Shown: piece after piece, positions 41,560-51,671 of the stretch | How the letters are laid out: every line of letters starts with the position of its first letter | Numbering within the stretch: position 1 is the first letter of the stretch | DNA from: Candidatus Marinacidobacterales bacterium | GTDB lineage: Bacteria; Acidobacteriota; Vicinamibacteria; Marinacidobacterales; DATDRI01 | DNA length: 64,000 nucleotides | Assembly (NCBI GenBank): GCA_965219415.1 | Contig: OZ244742.1 | Location: 640,001 to 704,000, forward strand | Direction: 5' to 3' | Translations under genes and position numbers: made by a program | The notes under the pieces: model-generated | The model's input: the letters and a program-made list of their open reading frames with translations, nothing else | Databases searched by the model: none | Told to the model about the DNA's origin: nothing

Positions 41560-43293
41560 AGGAGCTCGATCCAGTTACCTTGGCGGTCATTCATAGCGGA
41601 CTGCAGCAGGTCTGCAATGAAATGGATCTGGCCTTCGTACGCGCGGCTTTCAGTCCCGTGATCTCCGAAGCACTGGATCGCTCCGACGGGATCTACCATC
41701 GAGAGACCGGTGAGCTGATTGCACAGGGCGAGTTGGGGCTACCAGTCTTCGTGGGCACGATGCAATTCGGCACCCAGGAAGTCATCAAGCGTGCCAAACA
41801 TCTTCGACCCGGCGACCTCTTCATTGTGAACGACCCCTACCTCGGCGGAACTCACCTGATGGACGTGCGCTTCACAAGACCTTTCTTTTATCGAGGAGAG
41901 CTCTTTTGCTGGCTAGCCCACACCGGCCATTGGCCGGATACGGGCGGTGCGATACCCGGCGGCTTTTCCGCAAATGCGACCGAGGTCGAGCAAGAGGGCT
42001 TGCGTCTTCCCCCCGTGAAGCTTTTCAAAGAAGGAAAGATGGACGAGGAGATCCTGTCCATCATCCTGTCGAACATTCGCATCGCCGATCAACACATCGG
42101 TGACATCAAGGCGCAAGCGGCGGCTCTCACGGTTGGCGAAAGGCGGCTGACGCACTTGTTGGACCGCTACGGCAAGGACGTGGTCGAGGAGTCGATCGTT
42201 GAGCTGAAGAAGCGTGCCGCGCAACAGATGCGCGCCAAGATCGCCCTCATCCCAGACGGCGTCTACGAGGCCGAGTCCTTCGTAGACTCCGACGGCGTCG
42301 TCGACGAGCCGCTTCGAATCGCGATGAAGATTACGAAGCAAGGCAGCGAGCTCACGTTCGACATGTCTGGCTCGAGCAAGCCCTGCCTCGGTCCAATGAA
42401 CAGCGTCATTGCCACGACGAAGTCATCGATCTATCTCGCGATCAAACACATCTTTCCCGAAGTACCTATCAACGCGGGCACGTTCGAGCCCCTCAAGATT
42501 ATCGAGCCCGAGGGTACCTTCCTGCGAAGTTGCCACTCGTTCCGGCCGGAGCCGCGAAGAGTCGCTCAGGGAGTGCTTTGACCAACGCTACGAAGACCGC
42601 CTCCGCGATGCGCTGACCCACTTCGGCGGCGCAGCCAGAAACCGGCCGGGGGTACTCGGCATAGACCCTGGGCGGCTACGACCCCGAGAAGAAGCGCTCC
42701 TACGTCATGTACCTGATCTCGGGAGGCGGCTATGGCGGCAGCCTTCAAGGCTCCGGCCTCTCGAACGGATGTTCGACCATCGGCATCTCCAAGACCACGC
42801 CGCTCGAGGTCGTGGAACAGCGCTACCCGGTGCTTTTCGACGAGTACTCGTTACACGAAGGCTCAGGAGGTGCAGGCAAGGCTCGCGGCGGTTTCGGCGT
42901 CAACTTATTCGGTAACACTCCGACGTGGAAACGCTCGGGCGTCGTTTGTCATGGATCATGGTCGTTACGGACCCCAAGGAGTGTTGGGCGGCGGCGACGG
43001 CGGCGTCAACAGGGTCGTCGTCCGACGTGACGGTAAGGAGTACATTCCACCTCACCTCTCGAAGGATCAAGACATCCTCATCGGTCCTGGTGATCAGGTA
43101 CGCGTTTCCACGCCGGGCGGGGGTGGCTACGGCAATCCCCTTCGAACGGGATCCACAGCTCGTGGCAACTGACGTCGAGCGCGGCTACTACCGTCCGGAG
43201 GAGGCTTCCGAGCTCTTTGGCGTTGTGCTAAGCCCGAATTCGTGCGACATCGATGTCGCAGCCACGAAAACCCGGCGAAACCGGCGGCGGTAG
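41556..43293 (+). pseudogene. Hydantoinase/oxoprolinase B subunit with a ~140-bp in-place inversion and frameshifts
   Basis: NDPYLGGTH, GHWPDTGG, EGSGGAG..RGG and TPGGGGYG; 42523-42665 codes on the minus strand. Confidence 0.85.
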
Positions 43294-43470
43294 TTATTTC
43301 CCTACTGCGTCTGACCAAAAATACCCACTTTGTGATTTGACGCACGTAAGTGCGCCAAGACTCTCTGCCGGCAAGTCCCTCACCTGTTAGCTCTTTCTCG
43401 ATCTATCAGGTCGTTACCGCCATTGCCGAGCATGGCAGGCTTCTTGCGATCACTTTCGTGAGAGGTAACG

Positions 43471-44253
43471 ATGTACCGAAGAGGAGTTGTTGGGTTTTTC
43501 CTGCTCATGTGTGCTTTCCCCAACAACACTGTCGCACAATGGGTCGATCCGAGTTTGGTTGCCAGCCAGGTCGGCTTCGGTATTGCCACTAGTTTTCTCG
43601 GCAAACTTCTAATTGCGCGCAAGCCCGCCGGCGACGCATTCAAGGAAGCGCTCGTCGAGGGCACCGCTTGGGGTATGGTCGCCCACACCGGGTATTACGT
43701 GACCGGAAGGAACCCCAAGCTTGCGCTCGTCGGCAAGACCATCGCGCAAAAATCTACGCTCATGGGTCACCGATCCATCCGCGGCGAACCGGTGTTCGAC
43801 GAGAGCCTTTACTCCCATTGGGCATTGACCCACTCCTTCGTTTACTTCGAGCTCCATGGAAAGAAACCGAGCGTTCAATTGGACGTGGTGAACGCCAGAT
43901 TCTCAGCGTACTATTTGCTCTCTGATAGGTACGATATGGACGTTGGTCGCACGCTCTATGGCGGAAGCCTGGTGTTTCAAAAAACGGAACCGGATCCGTA
44001 CGTGCGTGGCTTTTACGTTCCGGGCGTCATTTGGATCGATGCCTCCGACATCGACGATGAGACCGTCTTCGCTCACGAGCTGATTCACAGTCTGCAGGCC
44101 GAAAGAGGGTCGACGTTCAAGGATTGGCACTACAAGAGTTTCCGCTTCAACCTCCTGACCCTCGCGAACGGCGCACCGGCCTTGCTGGAGGGCTGGCCCG
44201 ACCACGACGAGCGCCCCCACGAGCGAGAAGCCAGTCTCTACGCCGGGCGCTAG
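43471..44253 (+). CDS. Exported hypothetical protein with an HExxH motif
   Basis: Signal peptide; AHELIHSLQ and a distal EREA. Confidence 0.6.
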   Translation: MYRRGVVGFFLLMCAFPNNTVAQWVDPSLVASQVGFGIATSFLGKLLIARKPAGDAFKEALVEGTAWGMVAHTGYYVTGRNPKLALVGKTIAQKSTLMGHRSIRGEPVFDESLYSHWALTHSFVYFELHGKKPSVQLDVVNARFSAYYLLSDRYDMDVGRTLYGGSLVFQKTEPDPYVRGFYVPGVIWIDASDIDDETVFAHELIHSLQAERGSTFKDWHYKSFRFNLLTLANGAPALLEGWPDHDERPHEREASLYAGR

Positions 44254-44321
44254 ATAGCCCGGTCCGCCTCGGCTTCGCCTCCCACCCGATCTGCATTATG
44301 CTTCCGGGCTGGAGGACCCAC

Positions 44322-45613
44322 ATGAATCAGGACGAGAAGTCGACCCGATGGTCCCGGCGCGAGTTTCTAGGCACTTCCATCGGCGCGGGCGTGCTGAGTC
44401 TAGGAAGCACGCCACGCCATCAAGCCCCGGCGACCGCCGCCGAGCTCGAGCGTCTGGAAGCCGCCTATAGCGACAATATCTACACGCAACTCCTCGATGT
44501 ACGTCCGCACCTGGGAGCTCACGAGCACCTCACCAGACTGGGCGGATCCCGGATGCCACGCGAGGTGACAGATGCGATGGTTCAGGCCAACGACTACTTC
44601 GTCGACATGCACGAGCTCACGGAAGCCGCTGGCAGACGGGTTGCCGAAGTCATGGGAGCGGAGGCAGCTCTCGTCACGTCCGGGGCTTTCTCAGCCATGA
44701 TCTTGGGTGCCGCGGCGTGCCTGACTGGCACCGATCCGGAGAAGATCGACGCGCTGCCTCATCCGACGTGGCCGAGGCGAGACTGCCTCATTCAGACCGC
44801 GCACCGTTTCGAATATGACCGCGCCTATCGAACGGCGGGAATGAGCATTGTCGAGGCGAAGACTCGGGAAGAGTTCCTCGACAAAATCAACGACCGCACC
44901 GCCATGATCGCCGTCTTGACCGCGGTCGAAAAGCAACGTTAGTTCGGTCCACCTCTCTCGCGCGAATTAGCGCATCCCCATAGTTCCGAGGTCATGATGC
45001 CGGAGGAGTTCATCGCAATCGCTAAACGAACCGGTGTCCCCGTCTTGATCGACATGGCTCCGATCTACCGCCGGCGGCGAACCTGACGCGCTTCATCGAC
45101 GCCGGCGCGGACCTCGTCGTGATCAGCGGCGGCAAAGGAATCCGCGGCCCTCAGTCGACCGGCATCCTGGCAGGTCGCCGCGACTTGGTCGAAGCCGCCC
45201 GACTCCATGCCGCCCCCAACGGCAACATCGGCCGCGGTATGAAAGTCGGCAAAGAGGAAATCGTCGGCCTCATCGTCGCCCTCAATCGCTGGATGGCGCT
45301 CGATCACCAAAGGGTCGAGAAGAGCTGGAACGCGAAGGCCAGATGGCTCGCCGATGAGTTGCAGGGCATCCCCGGCCTCACCGCCACCTACGCCATCAAC
45401 ACCGTCGGCTACGCCGACGTCCACATAGAATGGGACGAAAAAATCATCCCTCTCACCCCCGACGAGGCCAAAGAAAAGCTAATGAGCGGCGAGCCTCGCC
45501 TGGCCTACGACGGCGTCACGGTTCGTACCCGATGCTTAAGAGACGGTGAAGAGGCCCTCGTGGCGCGCCGGCTGCGGAAGTTCTTCGAGAGGGAAAGACG
45601 CACGAGTGGATGA
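44322..45613 (+). pseudogene. Tat-signal SelA-like/DgaE-family PLP enzyme, nonsense at 44940 and frameshift near 45060
   Basis: SRREFL, TRLGGS, VTSGA, SGGKGIRGPQSTG and GRGMKVGKEE. Confidence 0.8.
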
Positions 45614-45675
45614 CTCCTAAGGACGAAGCGCGGAGCTGGCTCCGACAGTAGCGTTTTGACGCCAGTGGGCTGGTC

Positions 45676-46845
45676 TCATCGGCGCCCCGAGATCCGAATC
45701 CGCTTCCATGGCCCCGCATCGAGCCAGGGCTGGCCGAAGTTCTCGACGCGGAACACCTCGAACTCGATGAACGTTTTTTTCACGACGACCTTCATGAAGC
45801 TCTTGTAATACGGTGGCCGGTCCCTGTTCAGCAAGGCGGCGGGCATCCTCCACTTGATGAAATCGGGCAGGAAGCTCATGCTCCCGGCATCGAAGAAATC
45901 CCTGGAAGCCTCACGACCCGGGTAAACGTCGAAGTCACTCACCCTTACGTCATTGGGTAGTTCCATCTCGGCCGGCTCTGGTATGCCGTCGGTGCGGCTC
46001 AGGAACGCCCCACCTCCACCGTTCACAAAGTGCCAGACATCACGCTCCGGCTCGGCCGTCAGGCTGACTCGATACTGCTGGTAGTTGTGGGTATCTCCCC
46101 CGATCACCGCAAGGTAGCCGTGATTCTTCACGATCTGATCGAGCTCGCTCAGCCGTCGGTCGTGCCTACCGTTAGCGTAGATGGGATCTCCGGTGATCAA
46201 GATCTTCCGCTTCCCCGTTTTGGAAACTCTTCGTAGCCACGCCAACTGATCGTCATCGATGTGAGTTCGGATCCCTGTGTCGACGCAGACGATCCGCAGG
46301 GAGGCGGTGTCTAGGCAGAAGTACATGTTGGGTTGGAAGGTTTCGTTGCACCGGATGGCGCGCATGTCTTTTAACTTGGCCTCGTCCACCGTGCGTTCGT
46401 TCCTCTTTTTGCGATGGAACTGGTTGTCACAGAAGTGGATCATGAAGCCGGTCAGCACGTCGTACCAATCGTGATTGCCCGGGATCGCATAGATGTCTTT
46501 CGGGTAGCTCCGATAGGGCATGTAGAACTTCGAGAGATAGTGATGCGAACGACCTGCCGGGTAGATCACGTCGCTCCCGATGATGGCGAACTCGGTCGAC
46601 TTCCCCTCCTTGATAAGCTTGTCGACCAGCACCAGCTGCGATTGATCGCCTTCGCCAGTGTCCGCCATCAATAGGAAGCTGAATCTCTCGAGATCCGTTA
46701 GATCGAGGATGAAGTCCTCCCCATGTCGCTCCGCCTGGGCTCGAACCCATTCCTTCCGCTTCTTGTCCGTGTTGTCCCAAATGTAGGCAGTGAGATGCCG
46801 GTAGGATCTCAGCCAATTAAGAGGATTTCCCCAAGAGAATGCCAC
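45676..46845 (-). CDS. Calcineurin-like metallophosphoesterase
   Basis: ADTGEG, SDVIYP, IPGNHDWYD and GGDTHNYQ. Confidence 0.85.
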   Translation of the reverse strand: MAFSWGNPLNWLRSYRHLTAYIWDNTDKKRKEWVRAQAERHGEDFILDLTDLERFSFLLMADTGEGDQSQLVLVDKLIKEGKSTEFAIIGSDVIYPAGRSHHYLSKFYMPYRSYPKDIYAIPGNHDWYDVLTGFMIHFCDNQFHRKKRNERTVDEAKLKDMRAIRCNETFQPNMYFCLDTASLRIVCVDTGIRTHIDDDQLAWLRRVSKTGKRKILITGDPIYANGRHDRRLSELDQIVKNHGYLAVIGGDTHNYQQYRVSLTAEPERDVWHFVNGGGGAFLSRTDGIPEPAEMELPNDVRVSDFDVYPGREASRDFFDAGSMSFLPDFIKWRMPAALLNRDRPPYYKSFMKVVVKKTFIEFEVFRVENFGQPWLDAGPWKRIRISGRR

Positions 46846-46956
46846 GCCCTCGCCCCCTCTAGCGACGCCAAGATTCTAAGCCAAGCCGACGCCTAATTCC
46901 TCTGTCTTCCTCTGGGAGTACAACGTGATACCATTCGATCCTAAGGAGGCTGGCGC

Positions 46957-48870
46957 ATGAGCAAGCGCTACACACGGCTCACTGAGCCGTTGGTCCGCGA
47001 GAACGGGAAACTTCGGAAATCAAGTTGGGAGGAGGCTCTCGAACGAGCATCTTCGGGCTTCCGAGACGTCGTGGATCGACACGGTCCTCGTTCGTTCGGC
47101 ATGTTCAGCTGCTCGAAGACGACCAACGAGATGAACTTCATCGCTCAGAAGTTCGCTCGTTCGGTGATCGGCAGCAACAACATCGACAGCTGCAACCGTA
47201 CGTGACACGCGCCGAGCGTCGTCGGTCTGGCGACGGTCTTCGGCGCCGGCGGCGGGACCAGCTCCTATCAGGAGATCGAGGAGACCGATCTCATCATTCT
47301 GTGGGGCTCGAATGCCCGCGATACCCATCCCATTTTCTTTCACCATGTCATCAAGGGAGTGCGGGAAGGAGCGCGGCTCTATGTCGTGGATCCGAGGCGA
47401 ACTTCGTCGGCGCGCTGGGCCGATGTGTGGCTGGGACTGGACGTGGGCTCGGACATCGCCCTGGCCAACGCCGTGGCCCGCGAGATCATCGCTGCCGGGC
47501 TCTGCAATCGCACGTTTATCGATCGAGCCACGACGGGGTTCGAAGACTATCGGCGCGAGGTCGAGCCCTACACGCTCGAGCACGCGGAGAAGGTCTCTGG
47601 CGTACCGGCCCAGGCGATCCGTGAGCTGGCTCACGCCTACGCCAAAGCCCCCACCGCTCAGATCTGCTGGACCCTCGGGATCACCGAGCACCACAACGCG
47701 GTCGACAACGTCTTAGCTCTCATCAACCTCGCCCTTCTGACCGGCCACGTCGGCCGCTATGGCTCGGGCTTGAACCCGCTTCGAGGACAAAACAACGTCC
47801 AAGGCGGAGGCGACATGGGTGCCATTCCGAACAAGCTGCCCGGATTTCAGGACGTCGAAGACGACAAGACGCGGGGCAAGTTCGAAAAGCGATGGGGTTG
47901 CAAAATCCCACCGAAGACAGGCTGGCACCTCTCACAGATGTTCGAGGCGATGGAGAAAGGCGAGCTTCGAACGCTATACGTGATCGGAGAAAACCCCGCA
48001 CAGTCCGAGGCGGACGTCCAGCACGCGCGGCGACTCTTGGAAGATCTCGAGCATATGGTCGTGCAGGACACGGTTCTCACCAAGACGGCCGAGATGGCCG
48101 ATGTCGTGCTCCCGGCTGCGGCTGGCTGGGCGGAATCCGAAGGTACGGTGACCAGCAGCGAGCGGCGGGTGCAGCGTGTTCGGAAAGCGCTCGACCCTCC
48201 CGGCAACGCTCGCAACGACACCGAGATCCTATGCGAGATCGCCAAGTGTCTGGGACACGACTGGGGCCAGCCTACCGCCGAGGAGGTTTGGGACGAGCTG
48301 AGAAGCCTCTCCCCGATGCACGCCGGCATGAGCTATCTGCGCCTGGAAGAGCTCGGCGGCATTCAGTGGCCCTGTTTCGACGAGAAGCATCTTGGAAGTC
48401 AGTTCCTCCATGGCCGACTCTGGGAGAAACCGATTGGCGGACGGCCGGCTCCTTTCTCCCCGGTGAAATTCGTGCCGCCGGCGGACGAGCTGACCGACGA
48501 GTTCCCGGTCCGTCTCACGACCGGGCGGCGATTGGACTCTTACAACACGGGCGTTCAGAGTGAAGGATTCCGCTCGCCTCTCCGGGACGGAGAGACGCTG
48601 GATATCTGCCTGCAAGACGGAGAGCGGATGGGAATCACCGAGGGAGAACGAGTTCGCGTGACTTCGCGGCGTGGATCCCTGGAAGTACCGGTTCGGTACG
48701 ACGACGGACTGCGACCGGGTCTTGCGTTCATGACCCTCCACTTTCCTGACGACGTGGATACCAACGTGCTCACCAACGACGTTTGGGATCCAAAATCGGG
48801 AACTGCCGACTTCAAAGCGACCGCAATCCGGATCGAGAAGATCGCAGAGCCGACTCTCAAGGCGACTTAG
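46957..48870 (+). CDS. Cytoplasmic formate dehydrogenase catalytic subunit, selenocysteine at TGA 47203-47205, lacking its own N-terminal [4Fe-4S] domain
   Basis: AAGGAGG RBS; NNIDSCNRT-U-HAPSV continues in frame into ORF 47359-48870; LRGQNNVQG and LTTGR. Confidence 0.9.
47206..47246 (+). promoter_or_regulatory. Bacterial SECIS element
   Basis: Upper stem CGTCGTCG-GTC-TGGCGACG (47217-47235) starts 11 nt after the UGA; lower stem GCGCCGAG/TTCGGCGC. Confidence 0.85.
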
Positions 48871-48885
48871 TTTCGGAGAGTCACC

Positions 48886-50730
48886 ATGGATCTGAAACTA
48901 CTGCCGGAAGCTCCAACCGCTGAAGAGCGAAGTGCGGTCGAGGAAGCGATCCGCTCGATGAGCGATGCCGGTAGCGCAGACGCCCGGTTGGCACGCGGCG
49001 GCCGTGCCTCAACGCAAGGGAAACGCCACCTACTCCTCCCCGCTCTCCATGCCGTTCAAGGCCAGGTGGGTTGGATCAGCCAAGGGGCACTCAATTACAT
49101 CTGCGAACGCCTGACCGTTCCACCGGCCGAGGCCTTCGGAGTCGCGAGCTTTTACGCCTTGTTCTCGACCGAGAAGCGGCCGCCACGAGTGGCGCATGTC
49201 TGTGACGACATTGCCTGCAAGACGGCCGGCGCGGACGCGCTTTGCGCCGAGCTCAGCCAGAAGCTCGGCCCGCCCGGCAAGACCGCGAACGCGAATGGGC
49301 GGGGTGACTGCACGTGGCTTCGGAGTCCGTGCCTCGGACTCTGCGAACGCGCGCCGGCGGCACTGTTTCAACAAGCAGGGGATGAAGAAGACAGTGTCCT
49401 GGCACCCGCCGACGCCAAAACCATCACGCGCGTCCTTCACGGCGATCCATTGCCTTCCCAACCAGGAGTCGCCGCTCCTCAAACCGTGGAGCCGCGAGAA
49501 CCCAATCTGCGCCTCCTCCGACGTGTCGGCGTCGCCGACCCGGAGAGCTTGTCCGATTACCGGGCCCATGGTGGTTATCGGGCTCTTCAGCAGGCGGTCT
49601 CTATGGGTCCGGAAGGCGTATTGCGAGAGGTGCTCGACTCCAAGCTCGTGGGACGCGGTGGAGCCGCCTTCCCTTTGGGTCGCAAATGGGATGCGGTGGC
49701 GAAGAATCCGGTGCGTCCTCATTACATCGTCTGCAACGCCGACGAGTCCGAACCCGGCACGTTCAAAGACCGCGTGCTCATGGAAGAGGATCCGTTCGCG
49801 ATCGTCGAGGCGATGACCCTTGCCGCGTACGCTACTGGGACCGAGCAGGGATTCATCTACATCCGCGCCGAGTACCCGTTGGCCACCAAGCGCTTGGCAC
49901 ACGCGATCACCACCGCCGGGCGGGCCGGTTTCCTGGGCGACGACGTGATGGGCTCGGGCTTTCGTTTCGAGATCGAGCTACGCCGCGGGGCGGGCGCGTA
50001 CATCTGCGGTGAAGAGACCGCGTTATTTAACTCGATAGAAGGGTTTCGCGGTGAGCCGAGGAGCAAACCTCCCTTCCCAACTCAATCCGGCCTCTTCGGG
50101 AAGCCTACCATCGTCAACAACGTAGAGACGTTGGTCAACACTCTCGACGTTCTCCTCGAAGGTGGACCGGCGTTTGCTCGCATCGGCACCAAGGATTCGA
50201 CCGGGCACAAGCTCTTTTGCGTATCGGGCTCGGTGAAACGCCCGGGACTCTACGAGGTCCCTTTCGGGACTACCCTGCGGCAGCTACTCGAGCTCGCGGG
50301 CGGTCCGCCCGACGGCCACTCGTGGAAGACGCTTCTGTTGGGCGGCGCTGCCGGCATGTTCGTCGATCCCAAACACCTCGATACGCCGATGACATTCAAG
50401 GGTACCCGGGCCATCGGAGCAACCTTGGGTTCCGGTGTGGTGATGGCCTTCGACGAAACGATCGATCTCACCGACATCATCCTTCGCATCGCCGCGTTCT
50501 TCCGCGACGAGTCCTGCGGCCAGTGCGTCCCCTGTCGTGTGGGTACGGTAAGACAGGAAGAGGTCTTGCATCGCCTGGCGCGAAACGGCGAGGCGGGAAA
50601 TCAAAAGACGCTCCTCGAAGACCTCGCGCAGGTCATGCAGGACGCGTCGATCTGCGGACTCGGGCAAACCGCCGCGAGCGCCGTGCAATCGGCGGTCGGC
50701 CTCGGGCTCTTGAACGGAAAAGAGAAGTGA
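48886..50730 (+). CDS. NuoE-NuoF (FdsG-FdsB-like) fused diaphorase subunit
   Basis: VCDDIAC and CLGLC (NuoE); GRGGAAFP, NADESEPG, YICGEET, ESCGQCVPCRVG and SICGLG (NuoF). Confidence 0.92.
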   Translation: MDLKLLPEAPTAEERSAVEEAIRSMSDAGSADARLARGGRASTQGKRHLLLPALHAVQGQVGWISQGALNYICERLTVPPAEAFGVASFYALFSTEKRPPRVAHVCDDIACKTAGADALCAELSQKLGPPGKTANANGRGDCTWLRSPCLGLCERAPAALFQQAGDEEDSVLAPADAKTITRVLHGDPLPSQPGVAAPQTVEPREPNLRLLRRVGVADPESLSDYRAHGGYRALQQAVSMGPEGVLREVLDSKLVGRGGAAFPLGRKWDAVAKNPVRPHYIVCNADESEPGTFKDRVLMEEDPFAIVEAMTLAAYATGTEQGFIYIRAEYPLATKRLAHAITTAGRAGFLGDDVMGSGFRFEIELRRGAGAYICGEETALFNSIEGFRGEPRSKPPFPTQSGLFGKPTIVNNVETLVNTLDVLLEGGPAFARIGTKDSTGHKLFCVSGSVKRPGLYEVPFGTTLRQLLELAGGPPDGHSWKTLLLGGAAGMFVDPKHLDTPMTFKGTRAIGATLGSGVVMAFDETIDLTDIILRIAAFFRDESCGQCVPCRVGTVRQEEVLHRLARNGEAGNQKTLLEDLAQVMQDASICGLGQTAASAVQSAVGLGLLNGKEK

Positions 50731-51665
50731 CGGACATCTTGACCGGTCCTCCCAAACGTGAGATCGAAATCTCGATCGACGGTGAGAAGGCTCGAGTTCC
50801 CGAAGGGGCGACGATTCTCGACGCCTGCCGGTCGAAGGGCATCGAGACACCGACTCTTTGCTACCTCGAGACCCTGACGCCGGTCAACGCCTGCCGGGTG
50901 TGTGTGGTCGAGCTCGAAGGCTCGCGAACGCTGGTACCTGCTTGCTCGCGAAAGGCCGAAACGAGGGCCACTATTCTCACCGACAGCGAACGCGTTCGCC
51001 TGAGCCGGAAGCTGGTGCTAGAGCTCCTGGCTTCCTCGGTCGACCTCTCGTTGGTGGACAAGGAAACAAAGCAATGGATGGAGCGCTACGAGGTGGAACC
51101 CGCTCGGTTTGGTCCCCCTTCTCCATCGTCCCCCGAAGGACAACGAGACGCGCGACATCCAGGACATCACCATCCGCCCGACGGAGACCGAGCCGAGACC
51201 GTCGCCCAGCCGGTAAAAATCCACGACGAGCTCTACATCCGTGACTACGGGCGCTGTATCCTCTGCTACAAGTGCGTAGAAGCCTGTGGTGAGGATGCCC
51301 AGAATACTTTTGCCATCTCGGTGGCGGGTCGCGGCTTCGACGCGCGCATCTCGACGGAGTTCGACCGCCGTCTCGATCAGTCGGCCTGCGTCTACTGCGG
51401 CAACTGCATCGGGGTTTGTCCCACCGGTGCGCTCATGTTCAAGTCCGAGCACGACATGCGCAACGCCGGCACCTGGGACGAGAGTCAGCAGAGCGTCACC
51501 CGAACGGTGTGCCCCTACTGTGGCGTGGGTTGTAACCTAGAGCTCCGCGTCCAGGACAACCAAATCGTAAAGGTCACATCACCCCAAGATCACAGCGTGA
51601 CCAACGGCCACCTCTGCATCAAGGGCCGTTTCGGCTGGCAGTACGTTCAGAACCGAGACGAATAG
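50727..51665 (+). CDS. NuoG/FdsA N-terminal-like Fe-S subunit ([2Fe-2S], 2x[4Fe-4S], Mo-bisPGD-type [4Fe-4S])
   Basis: GTG start overlapping TGA; PTLC...CRVC...AC, CILCYKC, CVYCGNC..CP and C-terminal TVCPYCGVGC...LCIKGRFG. Confidence 0.9.
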   Translation: MTDILTGPPKREIEISIDGEKARVPEGATILDACRSKGIETPTLCYLETLTPVNACRVCVVELEGSRTLVPACSRKAETRATILTDSERVRLSRKLVLELLASSVDLSLVDKETKQWMERYEVEPARFGPPSPSSPEGQRDARHPGHHHPPDGDRAETVAQPVKIHDELYIRDYGRCILCYKCVEACGEDAQNTFAISVAGRGFDARISTEFDRRLDQSACVYCGNCIGVCPTGALMFKSEHDMRNAGTWDESQQSVTRTVCPYCGVGCNLELRVQDNQIVKVTSPQDHSVTNGHLCIKGRFGWQYVQNRDE

Positions 51666-51671
51666 ACCCGC

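Noticed and set aside
42505-42673. Recombinase-driven shufflon or inverton as the cause of the inversions
   Set aside because: No shared inverted-repeat motif among the four loci, imprecise junctions with deletions, and no tyrosine or serine invertase in the window. IS110 involvement is unsupported but untested.
13012-44942. In-frame TAG at Gln-like positions (13012, 27257, 44940) suggesting amber reassignment
   Set aside because: Intact genes (fdnG, the second FDH, fdhE, the IS110 recombinase) end correctly at TAG, and the affected genes carry other lesions; ordinary C-to-T nonsense changes explain it.
44322-45613. SelA-like gene near a Sec-FDH as the selenocysteine synthase
   Set aside because: The Tat signal, shorter length and GRGMKVGKEE motif fit the DgaE/SelA-like family rather than true SelA, and the gene is disrupted.
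20470-47205. Both FDH alpha genes as pseudogenes
   Set aside because: Each TGA sits at the Mo/W-ligand position, stays in frame and is followed by a SECIS.
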